Positions 1 through 10,400 of a stretch of 46,537 nucleotides of DNA are shown here, piece after piece. A program made the translations under genes and the position numbers. Location of the stretch: positions 1 through 46,537 of IMG/VR virus record IMGVR_UViG_3300045988_174467; one strand, given 5' to 3'. Position 1 is the stretch's first letter, and each line of letters starts with the position of its first letter. The notes under the pieces were generated by a model. That model saw only the letters and a program-made list of their open reading frames with translations, was not told the origin of the DNA and did no database searches. Source of the stretch: a virus.

Positions 1-55
1 CCTATGCCCCGATGTGCAGACGGACAATCTCGAGGATGACGATTAAAAAAAACTA
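1..55. repeat. terminal overlap, identical to 46483-46537
   Basis: Exact 55-nt match (cctatgccccgatgtgcagacggacaatctcgaggatgacgattaaaaaaaacta) at both ends. It duplicates the 3' end of CDS 46244-46528. Confidence 0.95.
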
Positions 56-60
56 CAGTT

Positions 61-333
61 ATGAACGACAATAAAACACCCGAACACCACCTGACCGATA
101 TCAGCCCATATATCGCAGCCCTGCAGGCCGCATATCTCCCTGCAGCTACACCGGCGGAAGCAACCCACTTCTTCTCTACGCCCGAAGTGATCGATGCCAT
201 CAAAAATATCGATCCCGCAGCCAGAGTAGACCCCACGCAGATCTTTACCGCTCTCCGCGATGCCGGCTTCGATTTCTGCAACCGACCCGGAGCCCACGCC
301 CTGGTCTTCACGTGGATGTTCCGCGAACGATAA
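61..333 (+). CDS. hypothetical protein (90 aa)
   Basis: ATG-initiated ORF with a strong C-ending codon bias like its neighbours. Co-oriented and tightly packed. Confidence 0.6.
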   Translation: MNDNKTPEHHLTDISPYIAALQAAYLPAATPAEATHFFSTPEVIDAIKNIDPAARVDPTQIFTALRDAGFDFCNRPGAHALVFTWMFRER

Positions 334-411
334 TTTTTTTGGATTTCAATACTTTATCCGGAGCAGTCCGCCGCGAGGTTCGCTGCTCCATTTCTAAAAA
401 ACGAAACCTTA

Positions 412-671
412 TGATCACCACAGCCCTTATCCGTCCCGCTTTCGTGGCCGATACCTTGCGCCATAGCGTGATCGAATGCACCTATAAGTCCCACGTCCCC
501 CACCGCGTCTGCCGTCTCGTGCCCGCAGATCCCCGACACCTCCTCGCCGATGAGCTGCAGCCTTATCTGCAGATCGTTTCCACAGCTAAAGGCATGCAGG
601 TCGGCATGCGCCCTTACGTCCGCCCCATGGTCGTCAAATATCCGCTCCCGAATCGCAAACATTCAAAATAA
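412..671 (+). CDS. hypothetical protein (86 aa); strand assignment ambiguous
   Basis: The + frame has the C-rich third positions seen in flanking + genes and fits the operon spacing. A 102-aa ORF on the - strand (354-662) covers the same DNA. Confidence 0.4.
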
Positions 672-708
672 AAGCCCTATCTTGTTGGCATAAAAACGCA
701 TTAAGCTT

Positions 709-948
709 ATGTTTTATCTTATCTACGCCGTTACCCTGCTCGTCCTCGCTCCCTTTACCGCCGCTGGAAAAGGCTGGGGCGGCTTTATCTTCTTCTTTCT
801 CTTCTCTATGGCGCTTCCCGTGGTCGGTCCCCTCCTATGGGCTTGGCTTTGGGCGCCCGGTGATACCGCGGCAAATCTCCGCTACACCATCGCCATTCAT
901 ATTCTTGCAGTCTGCCTCGTGATGGTGTGGCTCTTCGCCCCGGCCTGA
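709..948 (+). CDS. small integral membrane protein (79 aa, 2-3 predicted TM helices)
   Basis: Very hydrophobic sequence (LLVLAPFTAAGKGWGGFIFFFLFSMALPVVGPLLWAWLW...). Coding-like codon bias. Confidence 0.6.
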   Translation: MFYLIYAVTLLVLAPFTAAGKGWGGFIFFFLFSMALPVVGPLLWAWLWAPGDTAANLRYTIAIHILAVCLVMVWLFAPA

Positions 949-994
949 AGCTGCTGTCCTTTATCTTCGCTTGCAGCGCTGTTATCTTTGCCCT

Positions 995-1423
995 ATGATA
1001 ACAGAGCAACTTATTCGCGATCAATTCATTGCCGAAACCATTCGGCGGGGCATCCATAAAATCTATTCTACCCAAGAGCAGGTCGTCCGCGAAAATTACC
1101 AATTGCGCACAGGGCGGCTCGCAGCATCGCTTGCTGCCCGCAGCTTCTCCACTGCCGCGCAGGGTTGTGCGCATACCTTCTTCGTGCGCATCCTGCCTTA
1201 TCTGCGCTTCCTCGATATGGCATATCGCACCAGGCGTGACCGCATAGCCAAACACCGCCGTGAAAAGCTCTCACTCTATAACCGTGTCGTTTGGAGAGTA
1301 CTCTATCGCGAGACCTTTCCTGAAATAGCCTATGGCTTCACCGACGAAGTGCGAAAGCAAGTCGGCAGCCGGCTGAAGGAGATCTTCGATACGGATATGC
1401 GTTCATCTTTTAAAGCAAACTGA
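995..1423 (+). CDS. hypothetical basic protein immediately upstream of the tape measure gene
   Basis: ATG at 995, where the ORF track starts at TTG 971. Ends 2 nt before the tape measure start. A TATCTTTG box at 983-990 lies just upstream. Confidence 0.55.
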   Translation: MITEQLIRDQFIAETIRRGIHKIYSTQEQVVRENYQLRTGRLAASLAARSFSTAAQGCAHTFFVRILPYLRFLDMAYRTRRDRIAKHRREKLSLYNRVVWRVLYRETFPEIAYGFTDEVRKQVGSRLKEIFDTDMRSSFKAN

Positions 1424-1425
1424 TT

Positions 1426-4400
1426 ATGGCTGGCAAGCACCTTTCTGAAGACGAAATCAAGTATGTCATCTCTGCCGATTCTTCTAAGGCGCAGCAAGAG
1501 CTGCATAAACTCGGCAAATCCACTGCGGTTCTCCGGAGAGAGGAAAAAGCACGCCGTTCGGCGATGATCGAACTCGAGGCTTCCGGCAAAAAAAACTCGG
1601 ACCAATACCGGAAACTCCGGCAGGAGTGTAAGGACTATACGCGGCAGATTGCTGAAGCGGAGGAAAAAATGAAAAAAATGCGTGCGGCGCTCGATGTCAA
1701 TGCTATGACGATGAACCAGCTCCGTAAGTACGCTCGCGAACTTTCCAACGAACTCAACAATACGTCTAAAGCTGCTTCTCCAAAACAGTACGCCGAACTC
1801 GAGACGCGCCTGCAGGGAGTCAACATGCGTATCGAGGAGTTGCGCAGTGGAGCCGTCAGGTTGAAGCAGCACTTCTTCTCCATGGAGACTTTGAATGTTA
1901 TGGCGGGAAATTTAATGGCAAAATTCGCAGAGTTTATAGGGCATTCTTTGCGCAATCTGACGGGATTTTTGACCGAATCTATTCAGAAAAGTGTCGAGTT
2001 AGCAGAGTCGGCAGACGGTATCACTCACGCTTTTAATAAAATCGGCACGAAAGACTATCTTCAGACCCTGCGTGACGCTACGAAGGGGACGGTCAGTGAT
2101 ATAGAACTTATGAAGGCTGCTGTTAAAGCGAAAGATTTTCATATACCCCTGGAGGATCTCGGAAAATACCTTGCCTTTGCCCAGTTGAAAGCACAGCAGA
2201 CGGGACAGTCGCTCGATTATATGGTCGACTCTATTGTCTTGGGTCTCGGACGCGAGTCTCCGAAGATCCTCGACAATCTCGGACTCTCGGCCACTGAAAT
2301 CAAAGAGCAAACGAAAAAAACGGGCGATTTTATGAAAGGCGTGGCAAAAATCGTGGAGAATGAACTGGCCGAAGCGGGCGAAACGTATATCTCTGCTGCC
2401 GATAGGGCGGCGCAGCGAACAACCGAACTCGAAAACGCACAACGCGCGCTGGGCGAAGTGCTTTTACCCTTGAAGGAGGAGTTTGCGGATGTCTACGGGC
2501 AGATTCAGATTGGAGCCTTGCAGGCCGTCAAGTATCTTGTGCAGCATCGTGATGTCTTGTGGCAATTAAGCAAAGTGGTGGCGCTGCTTGTGGCCACTTA
2601 TATGTCCTATGCCGCGGCGCAGAAGCTGAGTTATGTGTGGAGTCTGCGAACTGTCGTAGTGAGCAAGCTCAAGGCCGCGGCTGCTGCCGTCGAAAATGCA
2701 ATGTTGGAGTTGTCTATCCTCCGACATGCTGTGCTTAATAAGACGATGAAAGCGTCCATAGCCCTGCAAAAGGCTTTCAATATCGTCCTCAAACTTTCCC
2801 CATGGGGCTTGGTGCTGGGGGCTATTACGCTCGTTGTGGGGGCGATGTTGCTCTTCCGTAAACGCACGGATGAAGCCACGGCCGCACAACGCAGAATTAG
2901 TCAAGTGGAAAAACAAGCAGCAGAGAGCGCAGCAGAAGAAACGGCAAAGCTGCGCACGCTCTATGAAGCTACGCAGGATCAGTCGCTGGCGATGGACAAG
3001 CGGCGAAAAATGGTAGAGCAGCTGAAGCAGCAGTATCCGGATTATTTCGGGAAACTCTCGACTGAAGCCATCCTTGCCGGAAAGGCGGCAGTACAGTATC
3101 GTTTGCTCACAGCCAATATCATGGCCGCGGCGAGAGCAAGAGCCTATCAAGATGAGATTACACGTTTGGCAAAGGAGAATCTTGAACATGAAAGAGGGAT
3201 CAATGCGGACCAAAACTGGAGTAACAGAAATAAGGGGGCTTATGACAAGGCGAGGAAAAAGCATACGGAGGAAAAAAACTATACGCGGCGTTCGGCGCTT
3301 GCCGGATTTGAAGAATCTGCTATTGAGGCACGAGGGGTGCAGGAGAATAAGAACCCCGTGATCCAAGAGTACGAAGATAGGCAACAGCGTCAGAGGGCAC
3401 ACCTCGAAGCTATTGATCGAAACAATAAGTCGATGGCCGCGTATGCGAAGATCATCGCACAAACTAATCCTCTTAAACCTTTAGTGGATGAGGATCCTAA
3501 GGACGACGATCCGAAAAAAAACGGAAAATCTTCTCCGGATCCGGACGATGTGGCTACAAAGCTGTTCGCGCATGATCGCAGTCGCGATTTGGAAGAAGAA
3601 AAGCAAGCATATACGGAAAGCCTGAACGCGTTAAAGTCGTCTTTAATCAAAAAGCAAATCACGCAAGAGCAGTACGATGTGAAGGCGACGGCCATTAATG
3701 TGAAGCACCAGGAAGCTTTGCTTGAAATTGAAAAATCCTATAGCGAGCGGGCTAAAAATACCACAATCAAAAATGCGGATAAAAAGAAGCAGCTGCTGGA
3801 GACGCAGGAAAAAGCCGTCATCGATCAGAAGCAGGCGGTCTATGAGGCTTATTTGGATATGGAGAAGCAATATTATGACAACCTCGACAAACTGAAAGCC
3901 ACAGCACCCACGCAGCCACAGACTTTGCAGGAGGAGTGCGAGGCCAAACTCTTGATCCTCGAGGGTTATTATCAAGCCTCCTTGCAGATGGCCGAGGATG
4001 ATGCTGAGCGGAAGCGGCAGACCACGGAAGCTTATGAGGCGGCAAAGGCGGCCATTGTGGCCGATTATGCAAAAAAAACGGAGGAGGAAAAAGCGCGCGC
4101 ACGGCAGGAGTATGGGTTGGATACCTTCACCGATCAGCTTGCGGCTCGTCGAAAGAAAATCGATGAGGAACTCGCGAAAGGCCTGCTTACGCAAGAGCAG
4201 CACGCGCAAGCTGTCGCGAATCTTGAGAAAGATGCGGAAGCTCATCGCTTGCAAATTCGCCAACAGTATGGATTGGCAAAACAGCAAGAACTCTATGATG
4301 CTGAACTTGATCTGCTCAAGCAGCATTTGGAAAAGAAGGAGATTTCTGAAGCGGAGTATGAGGAAGCGGTCAAAAACCTCAAGATAAACAAGATGAAAGA

Positions 4401-5295
4401 GGCTTTCGACTACTATGCGAACCTGTCCGGAGGAGCTGTGCAGGCCTTGCAAAAAGCGGAAGAAGCAAATGTCGATGCAAAGTATGATGCCGAGATCGAG
4501 GCGGCACGAAATGCCGGCAAGGATACGACTGAGTTGGAGAAAAAGAAAGCCAACGAAAAATTGAAGATTCAGAAAAAATATGCCGATGTCGACTTTGCCA
4601 TCAAAGCTTCACAGATCATTGCCGATACATCTGTCGCTATTATGAGAGCTTATAAAGATCTTCCATTACCGGCGGCTATCGCGGCTTCTGCTTTGATTGG
4701 TATAACCGGTGCAGCACAACTCGCAGCGGCCAATGCCGAACGTCAAAAAATAAAGAAGCTGACGCTCAATGGAGCTTCCGCCGGCGCTACCGGTGGAGCG
4801 CGGGTGGCCACCGGACTCGAGAAGGGTGGCAGTATCGATGTGGAGCGAGAACAAGACGGACGGCGTTTCCACGCAGCCTATGACCCGGACAGGCGGGGCT
4901 TTGTTGATAAACCGACCGTCATTGTGGGGGAAGGTGGGTATGGCCATAGTAAGGAATGGGTAGCCTCGAATGCTGCAGTGGAGAATCCCACGGTGGCACC
5001 GATCATCGACATCATAGATCGAGCACAGAGAGCCGGAACAATCCGCACCCTCGATATGAGCAAGTTTCTCCTGCAACAGGCGCAAGGACGTGCCGCGGGC
5101 GGACCCATTGCGCCGGCGTCTCCGGATCCGAGACCGATGCCGCAGAATTCGGAGAAAGATGTCATCCTCCTTCGTTTGATAAATGTGCTTGACCGTTTGG
5201 AGAGTGAGGGTATTCAGGCGGCTGTCGCCTTGGATGAGATTGATCGAAAGCAGCAGCTGCGAAACCGAGCACGTCAGTTTGGTAGTAAACAATAA
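1426..5295 (+). CDS. tail tape measure protein (1289 aa)
   Basis: The N-terminal third carries a tape-measure core-like segment (GITHAFNKIG...DIELMKAAVKAKDF...AFAQLKAQQTGQSLDYMVDSIVLGLGRESPKILDNLGLS). Central hydrophobic helices are followed by several hundred residues of K/E/Q/A coiled coil. It is the largest gene ahead of the distal tail genes. Confidence 0.9.
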   Translation: MAGKHLSEDEIKYVISADSSKAQQELHKLGKSTAVLRREEKARRSAMIELEASGKKNSDQYRKLRQECKDYTRQIAEAEEKMKKMRAALDVNAMTMNQLRKYARELSNELNNTSKAASPKQYAELETRLQGVNMRIEELRSGAVRLKQHFFSMETLNVMAGNLMAKFAEFIGHSLRNLTGFLTESIQKSVELAESADGITHAFNKIGTKDYLQTLRDATKGTVSDIELMKAAVKAKDFHIPLEDLGKYLAFAQLKAQQTGQSLDYMVDSIVLGLGRESPKILDNLGLSATEIKEQTKKTGDFMKGVAKIVENELAEAGETYISAADRAAQRTTELENAQRALGEVLLPLKEEFADVYGQIQIGALQAVKYLVQHRDVLWQLSKVVALLVATYMSYAAAQKLSYVWSLRTVVVSKLKAAAAAVENAMLELSILRHAVLNKTMKASIALQKAFNIVLKLSPWGLVLGAITLVVGAMLLFRKRTDEATAAQRRISQVEKQAAESAAEETAKLRTLYEATQDQSLAMDKRRKMVEQLKQQYPDYFGKLSTEAILAGKAAVQYRLLTANIMAAARARAYQDEITRLAKENLEHERGINADQNWSNRNKGAYDKARKKHTEEKNYTRRSALAGFEESAIEARGVQENKNPVIQEYEDRQQRQRAHLEAIDRNNKSMAAYAKIIAQTNPLKPLVDEDPKDDDPKKNGKSSPDPDDVATKLFAHDRSRDLEEEKQAYTESLNALKSSLIKKQITQEQYDVKATAINVKHQEALLEIEKSYSERAKNTTIKNADKKKQLLETQEKAVIDQKQAVYEAYLDMEKQYYDNLDKLKATAPTQPQTLQEECEAKLLILEGYYQASLQMAEDDAERKRQTTEAYEAAKAAIVADYAKKTEEEKARARQEYGLDTFTDQLAARRKKIDEELAKGLLTQEQHAQAVANLEKDAEAHRLQIRQQYGLAKQQELYDAELDLLKQHLEKKEISEAEYEEAVKNLKINKMKEAFDYYANLSGGAVQALQKAEEANVDAKYDAEIEAARNAGKDTTELEKKKANEKLKIQKKYADVDFAIKASQIIADTSVAIMRAYKDLPLPAAIAASALIGITGAAQLAAANAERQKIKKLTLNGASAGATGGARVATGLEKGGSIDVEREQDGRRFHAAYDPDRRGFVDKPTVIVGEGGYGHSKEWVASNAAVENPTVAPIIDIIDRAQRAGTIRTLDMSKFLLQQAQGRAAGGPIAPASPDPRPMPQNSEKDVILLRLINVLDRLESEGIQAAVALDEIDRKQQLRNRARQFGSKQ

Positions 5296-5301
5296 TGCAG
5301 T

Positions 5302-7431
5302 ATGAAAATTACCAATTTGGAAAAGGGCGAAGACTACAACCTGAAGCCCGATACACAGATTCAGGTAGAGCGAACGAATCCTTTCTTCAATGATTATGGA
5401 GAGCAGACGACACCGCTCGAACTTCCCACGTCGGAGCGCAACCGCCGACTGCTGGGATTTCCGGATACTTTTGGCCGACGCGTGAAAATGTCACCCGTCG
5501 AGGTCTCTATTCAGGATGGAGAGTATTTTGCGCAGTGCCGGCAGATCGTGCTGTCTGCGCAACACAATGGTAATCTTGCCACGGCCTTCTACATCAACGA
5601 CGGATCTTTCTATTCGCGCATTCAGAAGGTGAAACTGAAGGATATTTTTAAGGACGAGTGTGTGCCGGTTCCCCACTTGGAGGGCAATACGCCGGTGCAG
5701 GATTGCATAAACTTCTGTCGCAGCCTGCGCGCGAATACGAATGAGCAATACGGTATCTTCCCCGTCCTGCTTACGGATGATTCCGGAATAGAAGCCGGAC
5801 TTAATTTCAAAATGCTGAATGCCTATGGAAAGGAGAAGGTCTTGCAATCGAAAAAAATATGGGTGTGGAAAAGGGGACATTGGGTGCAAATTACGGTCGA
5901 TGCCGTTTCGGCCTTTCATCCGGACACTGAAGGTCGCGACTGCGATTTTTACAATGCGGTACAGCGGACGGAATATATAGGAAACATGCCGATCACCTTG
6001 TCGCCGGGCTATTACATCTCGCCATTCATCCGAGCCAATTATCTGCTCAAGCGGATCTTCGCATATTTTGGCTACGACTTGCAGGACAATTTCTTTACGA
6101 GAACGGAACCTTTCTCTAAAATGGTCGTCGTGAATAATGTGATGGACGCACTGGTGAATGGGCGTATCCGGATAGCCGACCTCGTGCCGGATATCTCTTG
6201 TGCGGATTTCATCGCTGTATTCCGCAAAAAGTTCTGTTGCGAGTTTACCTCTGATGAGGGCGAACGTACGGCCGATGTGATCTTTCTGCGCGACGTCTTG
6301 GCAACGCGGCCGCTGGAAGATCTGACAACCTGTGTGACGGAAGAACCGACGATCGCTTACAAAGCGGAAAAAGATTACCAACGAATTGTGCTCTCATCGG
6401 AGGAAAAAGTCGATACGGAGATAGCTGACGCTTATGACGATTTGGACGCCTTGGTGAAAGCAAATCCGGGAGCTTACTTTAATCCGGCTGATGGGGCCTT
6501 TTACAAACAAGGCTTCTCCGGAAACTATGAGGTCATTACGAAGATTGGGGAAGCCTCGCAAGATTACAATACGGGGGAAAAACTCGAGGCAAAGGAAATT
6601 AAGGTGCCTGATTGCATGCCGGAGTTCCGCACACTTAAATACAATACGACGGTTGATGAGGAAAAAGTCGCTATTGATATCGGTGACTTCCTTTATATAG
6701 GGGCGTATATTTCGCTCAATTCTAAGATTATGGTGGCCGGGGAAGATAAGGAGGCTGTGTCGGAGTCGGCAAACAAGCAGAATGCGATCCTTGCCTTCAG
6801 CTATCTCTCTGCCGGTCGGCCGGAGGGTACCATCTCGTCTTACGATATGCACGATGCTGCACGTCCGCGTATTGCGGACTATGCACTCTACTATCACGGA
6901 CCGGATGGTATCTTCGAACGCTTCTATCGCGATTACGATTTGCTCTTGCGAAATGCGCTGCATGAGATGAAAGTCAAATTGTTGCTGTCGCAGTCGCAGA
7001 AACAAAATCTTTCTGCCTATGCGAAAGTGATCATCCGAGGGGTTGCTTTCTTCTTTGACAAATTGAAGTTTACGCTCGGTGGAAAAAATGAACCGGTAGA
7101 GTCGGAGCTACGCTCTATCGCGCTGATGGAACCCATCGTGGCGGCGCCGCTCGTGAATGAGCAGCTCAAGTTTATGAACGCAGCTTATAAATGGGTTGGT
7201 CGAGAGGTGCAAATAGAGGTGACTGAAAAAGAGTATCACAATGCCGGCTTGGATAAAGATCGGACATTTACAACCATTTATCCGCCGGTGCCGAGTCAAC
7301 AATATGAGTGGAAACCCTATGGAAGACAGGTTTCTTTTACGGCACAGAAAATTCGGGAGGGTTCGTTCTGGCATCATTCGAAGTGGTTGCATACGCGCAC
7401 GGAGGTGTGGCTGGAATGCGTGCCCAAGTAG
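5302..7431 (+). CDS. tail protein (709 aa), distal-tail position
   Basis: The assignment is positional, as the first gene after the tape measure. No motif recognised. Confidence 0.5.
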   Translation: MKITNLEKGEDYNLKPDTQIQVERTNPFFNDYGEQTTPLELPTSERNRRLLGFPDTFGRRVKMSPVEVSIQDGEYFAQCRQIVLSAQHNGNLATAFYINDGSFYSRIQKVKLKDIFKDECVPVPHLEGNTPVQDCINFCRSLRANTNEQYGIFPVLLTDDSGIEAGLNFKMLNAYGKEKVLQSKKIWVWKRGHWVQITVDAVSAFHPDTEGRDCDFYNAVQRTEYIGNMPITLSPGYYISPFIRANYLLKRIFAYFGYDLQDNFFTRTEPFSKMVVVNNVMDALVNGRIRIADLVPDISCADFIAVFRKKFCCEFTSDEGERTADVIFLRDVLATRPLEDLTTCVTEEPTIAYKAEKDYQRIVLSSEEKVDTEIADAYDDLDALVKANPGAYFNPADGAFYKQGFSGNYEVITKIGEASQDYNTGEKLEAKEIKVPDCMPEFRTLKYNTTVDEEKVAIDIGDFLYIGAYISLNSKIMVAGEDKEAVSESANKQNAILAFSYLSAGRPEGTISSYDMHDAARPRIADYALYYHGPDGIFERFYRDYDLLLRNALHEMKVKLLLSQSQKQNLSAYAKVIIRGVAFFFDKLKFTLGGKNEPVESELRSIALMEPIVAAPLVNEQLKFMNAAYKWVGREVQIEVTEKEYHNAGLDKDRTFTTIYPPVPSQQYEWKPYGRQVSFTAQKIREGSFWHHSKWLHTRTEVWLECVPK

Positions 7432-7491
7432 CTGGAGGTGTCCTTTATCGGGCACCTCTTTTCTCCTATTTTTGCCTTAAATCGTAAGCGA

Positions 7492-10400
7492 ATGGATATC
7501 TTATTGAAACCGGATTCTCTATCCCTGGCAGGGGCGATGAATCACTTTATAATAGCTGCCAATAACGAAGTATCTTTTGTTCTCAAGTTTGCCGACACGG
7601 AAACAACCATCGTGCAGCATGTGTATTCGCCGAACAAGGCCGGACGAATCGAGATCGATTTGGAAAGCATTGTCGTTCCGCTCTTATCCTTTCATCTTCA
7701 GGATGTGTCGGAACCTTATAAGCAGCCGGCTATCGTGCGGAAGTTTACGGCCGTTATTGCGGAAGCGAATACGGCTGATAGTAAAACGTGGTCTTTCTCA
7801 GTGTTGCGGGCCGGGATTGATCATTTCGCGGATTCGGCGGTAAATTGGTTGAAAGCGAATTTCCTGACGTGGCAGCCTACATTGAAACCGGTGACTTACT
7901 TCACCCCGGAGTTCTTGACGTATTACGCCCTTATCGATGCGGTGGTGCATTGTCGCGCTTATGTGGAGAAAGAGGGAAACTATGTGCCGCACGACTTGAC
8001 CTTGGCCAATCTTTCTAATGGCGCTGTCTGGACGATTCCGGTACAATACGCCATCATTGCCGGAAAACTTAACAAACTGCCTTCTTATTATGATGTGTGG
8101 GTGGAGACGACGAACGGAACGCGGCTCACATATATACAGCGTTACTATGCTTCGGATATTCGAAGTGAACAGGAGGAATGGCTGCTCTTCGAAAACTCGT
8201 TGGGAGGGATTGATACTTTCAGAGCTTATGGAGATGCGGAGAATACGGCAAAACACACGCATAATATTGCAGAGATCGAAAACAATGCGGAGGAGTATCG
8301 TGTCGATACGACGCGGGAGTATAAGAAAAATACGGGGCTTTTGACTGATGCCGAGCGGAAGTGGTTGCTTGATTTCTTCCCCTCGCTCGGCAAGTACATC
8401 TATTATGGACCTTATGTGCGACGTATTGTTGTGACGGAGAGTGAGGTGACTTGGCATACGAAAGAGTTGCCGTCTGCTTTCTCCTTCACCTATAGATATG
8501 CCGATGCGCGGCCTTATCTCAATCTTTCGAGAGTGGATAGACCGTTGGGCGACTTGCATATCAAAATACCGGAAATAGGGGATTTTACCATCGCCCCACG
8601 CTTGGTTGAGCTGGATAGGCTCCCGCTGAGTGGTGGGGCGCTCTTCCCCGTCCAAAATCCTTATTCTGAAAAATGGACGACGACGACGGCCGCGGCTATG
8701 CTCGATTGGCTGGCGCATGAGATAACGGCAGCCTATAAAGGGGATGGATCCTTCGGCCATTCACACGAAAATATGTCACTGCTCAATGCGCTGAGTCTCT
8801 TTGGGAAATATCTCTTGGTTAATGCGCAGAAAATTTCTGCAGGCGAAGCGGATATGGCGACTTTGGCAAAAAAACTTGATCCGACGAGCAAGGATTGGGA
8901 TAGGATCTTGCGAAAAGATCGAAATGACGCCACCGCTTATGACTTGACAGTAGGGGGTGACTTGACCGTAGAGGGAAATTTGGGGAAGGGTGACTTCGTG
9001 TCGGGTATGGATGGTACGGGTTGGCGCCTTTGGATGAAAAATGAACTGGCAAACTTGGAGCTGGACTCACTGACGGTGCGGCAGACGATGCGGATCTTTG
9101 AACTGCTCATTGATCGGGTGCGGAGTGTTAACGGGCAGTTGGTCGTTTCGGCGGCGAATGGGAAAATTGCAGCGGTAAATGATCTCGGCAATCAACTGCT
9201 GATCGCTTTTGAAATGGGCTGCGATTTCGAAGCGGGCGATTTCCTGCGGTGTCAGACTTTTAAGGGTAGCCGACTCAAGCATTACTGGGTACAAGTGAAA
9301 GAAACGCGCACGACCGAGGATGGGAAGGTCTGGGCGGTCCTGAATAAGGAGGATGAAGGCTGGTTGAATGGGACGGCGGAAGTCGGTGATGAATGTGTCT
9401 TGTTCGGTTCTGATAAAAAAGAACGACAGGGATTGATCTTTATTTCTGCAACCGATGATGGATTGCCGCGCATCGATATCCTCAATGGCGTGAAGGGGAG
9501 AAATCTGAAGAATTGCTTACGCACGCGCCTCGGTGCCTTGGATGGCATTCGGGATGATTATTTCCCGGCCGAGAATCAACCACACGGATACGGGCTGTAT
9601 TCGGATAATGCTTATCTAAAGGGTGATTTCATCTTGCGTACCGGGGTGAATATCAATACTTGGGTATCGATTGTCGAGGGGAAGGTACGTAGCGAGATTG
9701 ACTCGATGCGATCTGATTTCATTGCGGGAAAGGGGTATCTTGCAAATTCGCTTTTCTTGGATGGGCTGAATAAATGGCAGACGGAAAACAATACGACATT
9801 TTTCACCTTGGGAGGAAAATGGATTTGGGCGAATGGCAATGTCTTTTCTTGGAAGGGTGATTCGGCTGTGGTCGGAACAGATCGAGGGCGCACGGTGATG
9901 AAGATTGCGAATAAGTACATCAAGCAAAAGAATGAAGATCTAACTGCACGGCCGAGGTTTGAGAAGGATAAAGAGGGAAAAATTGTCCCGCAACCGATTT
10001 ATCTTACATTCTACTATCGCGTCGTTAAGCAAGGAACGCTTACGGCGGGTTTCGTCAATCAGGATCTAACGACAACGCAGGATAATTATGAGGAGTTGAA
10101 GGTAAAAGAGACCTTGCCGGCTACAACGGACTATCTGCAGTACAAAGCGAGCGGGCAATGGAATGGAACAGGCGATTTCCAACTCTCTTTTACGGGAGAG
10201 ATCTATGTGTATATGCTCATCTTGACGCAGCGTGAAGTGGATGGATTAGAGTATAAATATCGGACGCTTTTCGAGCAGACGGATCGTTTAATCCAACTGA
10301 CGGCGGGAATTTACGAGAAAAATGCGGAAGCCTTAAAGGCCTTGCGCGAGAGCGGACTGGTAATAGCACCGGAAGGGTCCGGCATTTTCGCGAAAGATGC

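Noticed and set aside
354-662. A 102-aa - strand ORF (MFAIRERIFDDHGADV...) as the real gene instead of 412-671 (+).
   Set aside because: Its composition is protein-like, so I could not exclude it. It would be a lone reverse gene inside a tightly packed + operon. The shared wobble positions are C-rich on the + strand, like the neighbouring genes, so I preferred the + strand with low confidence.
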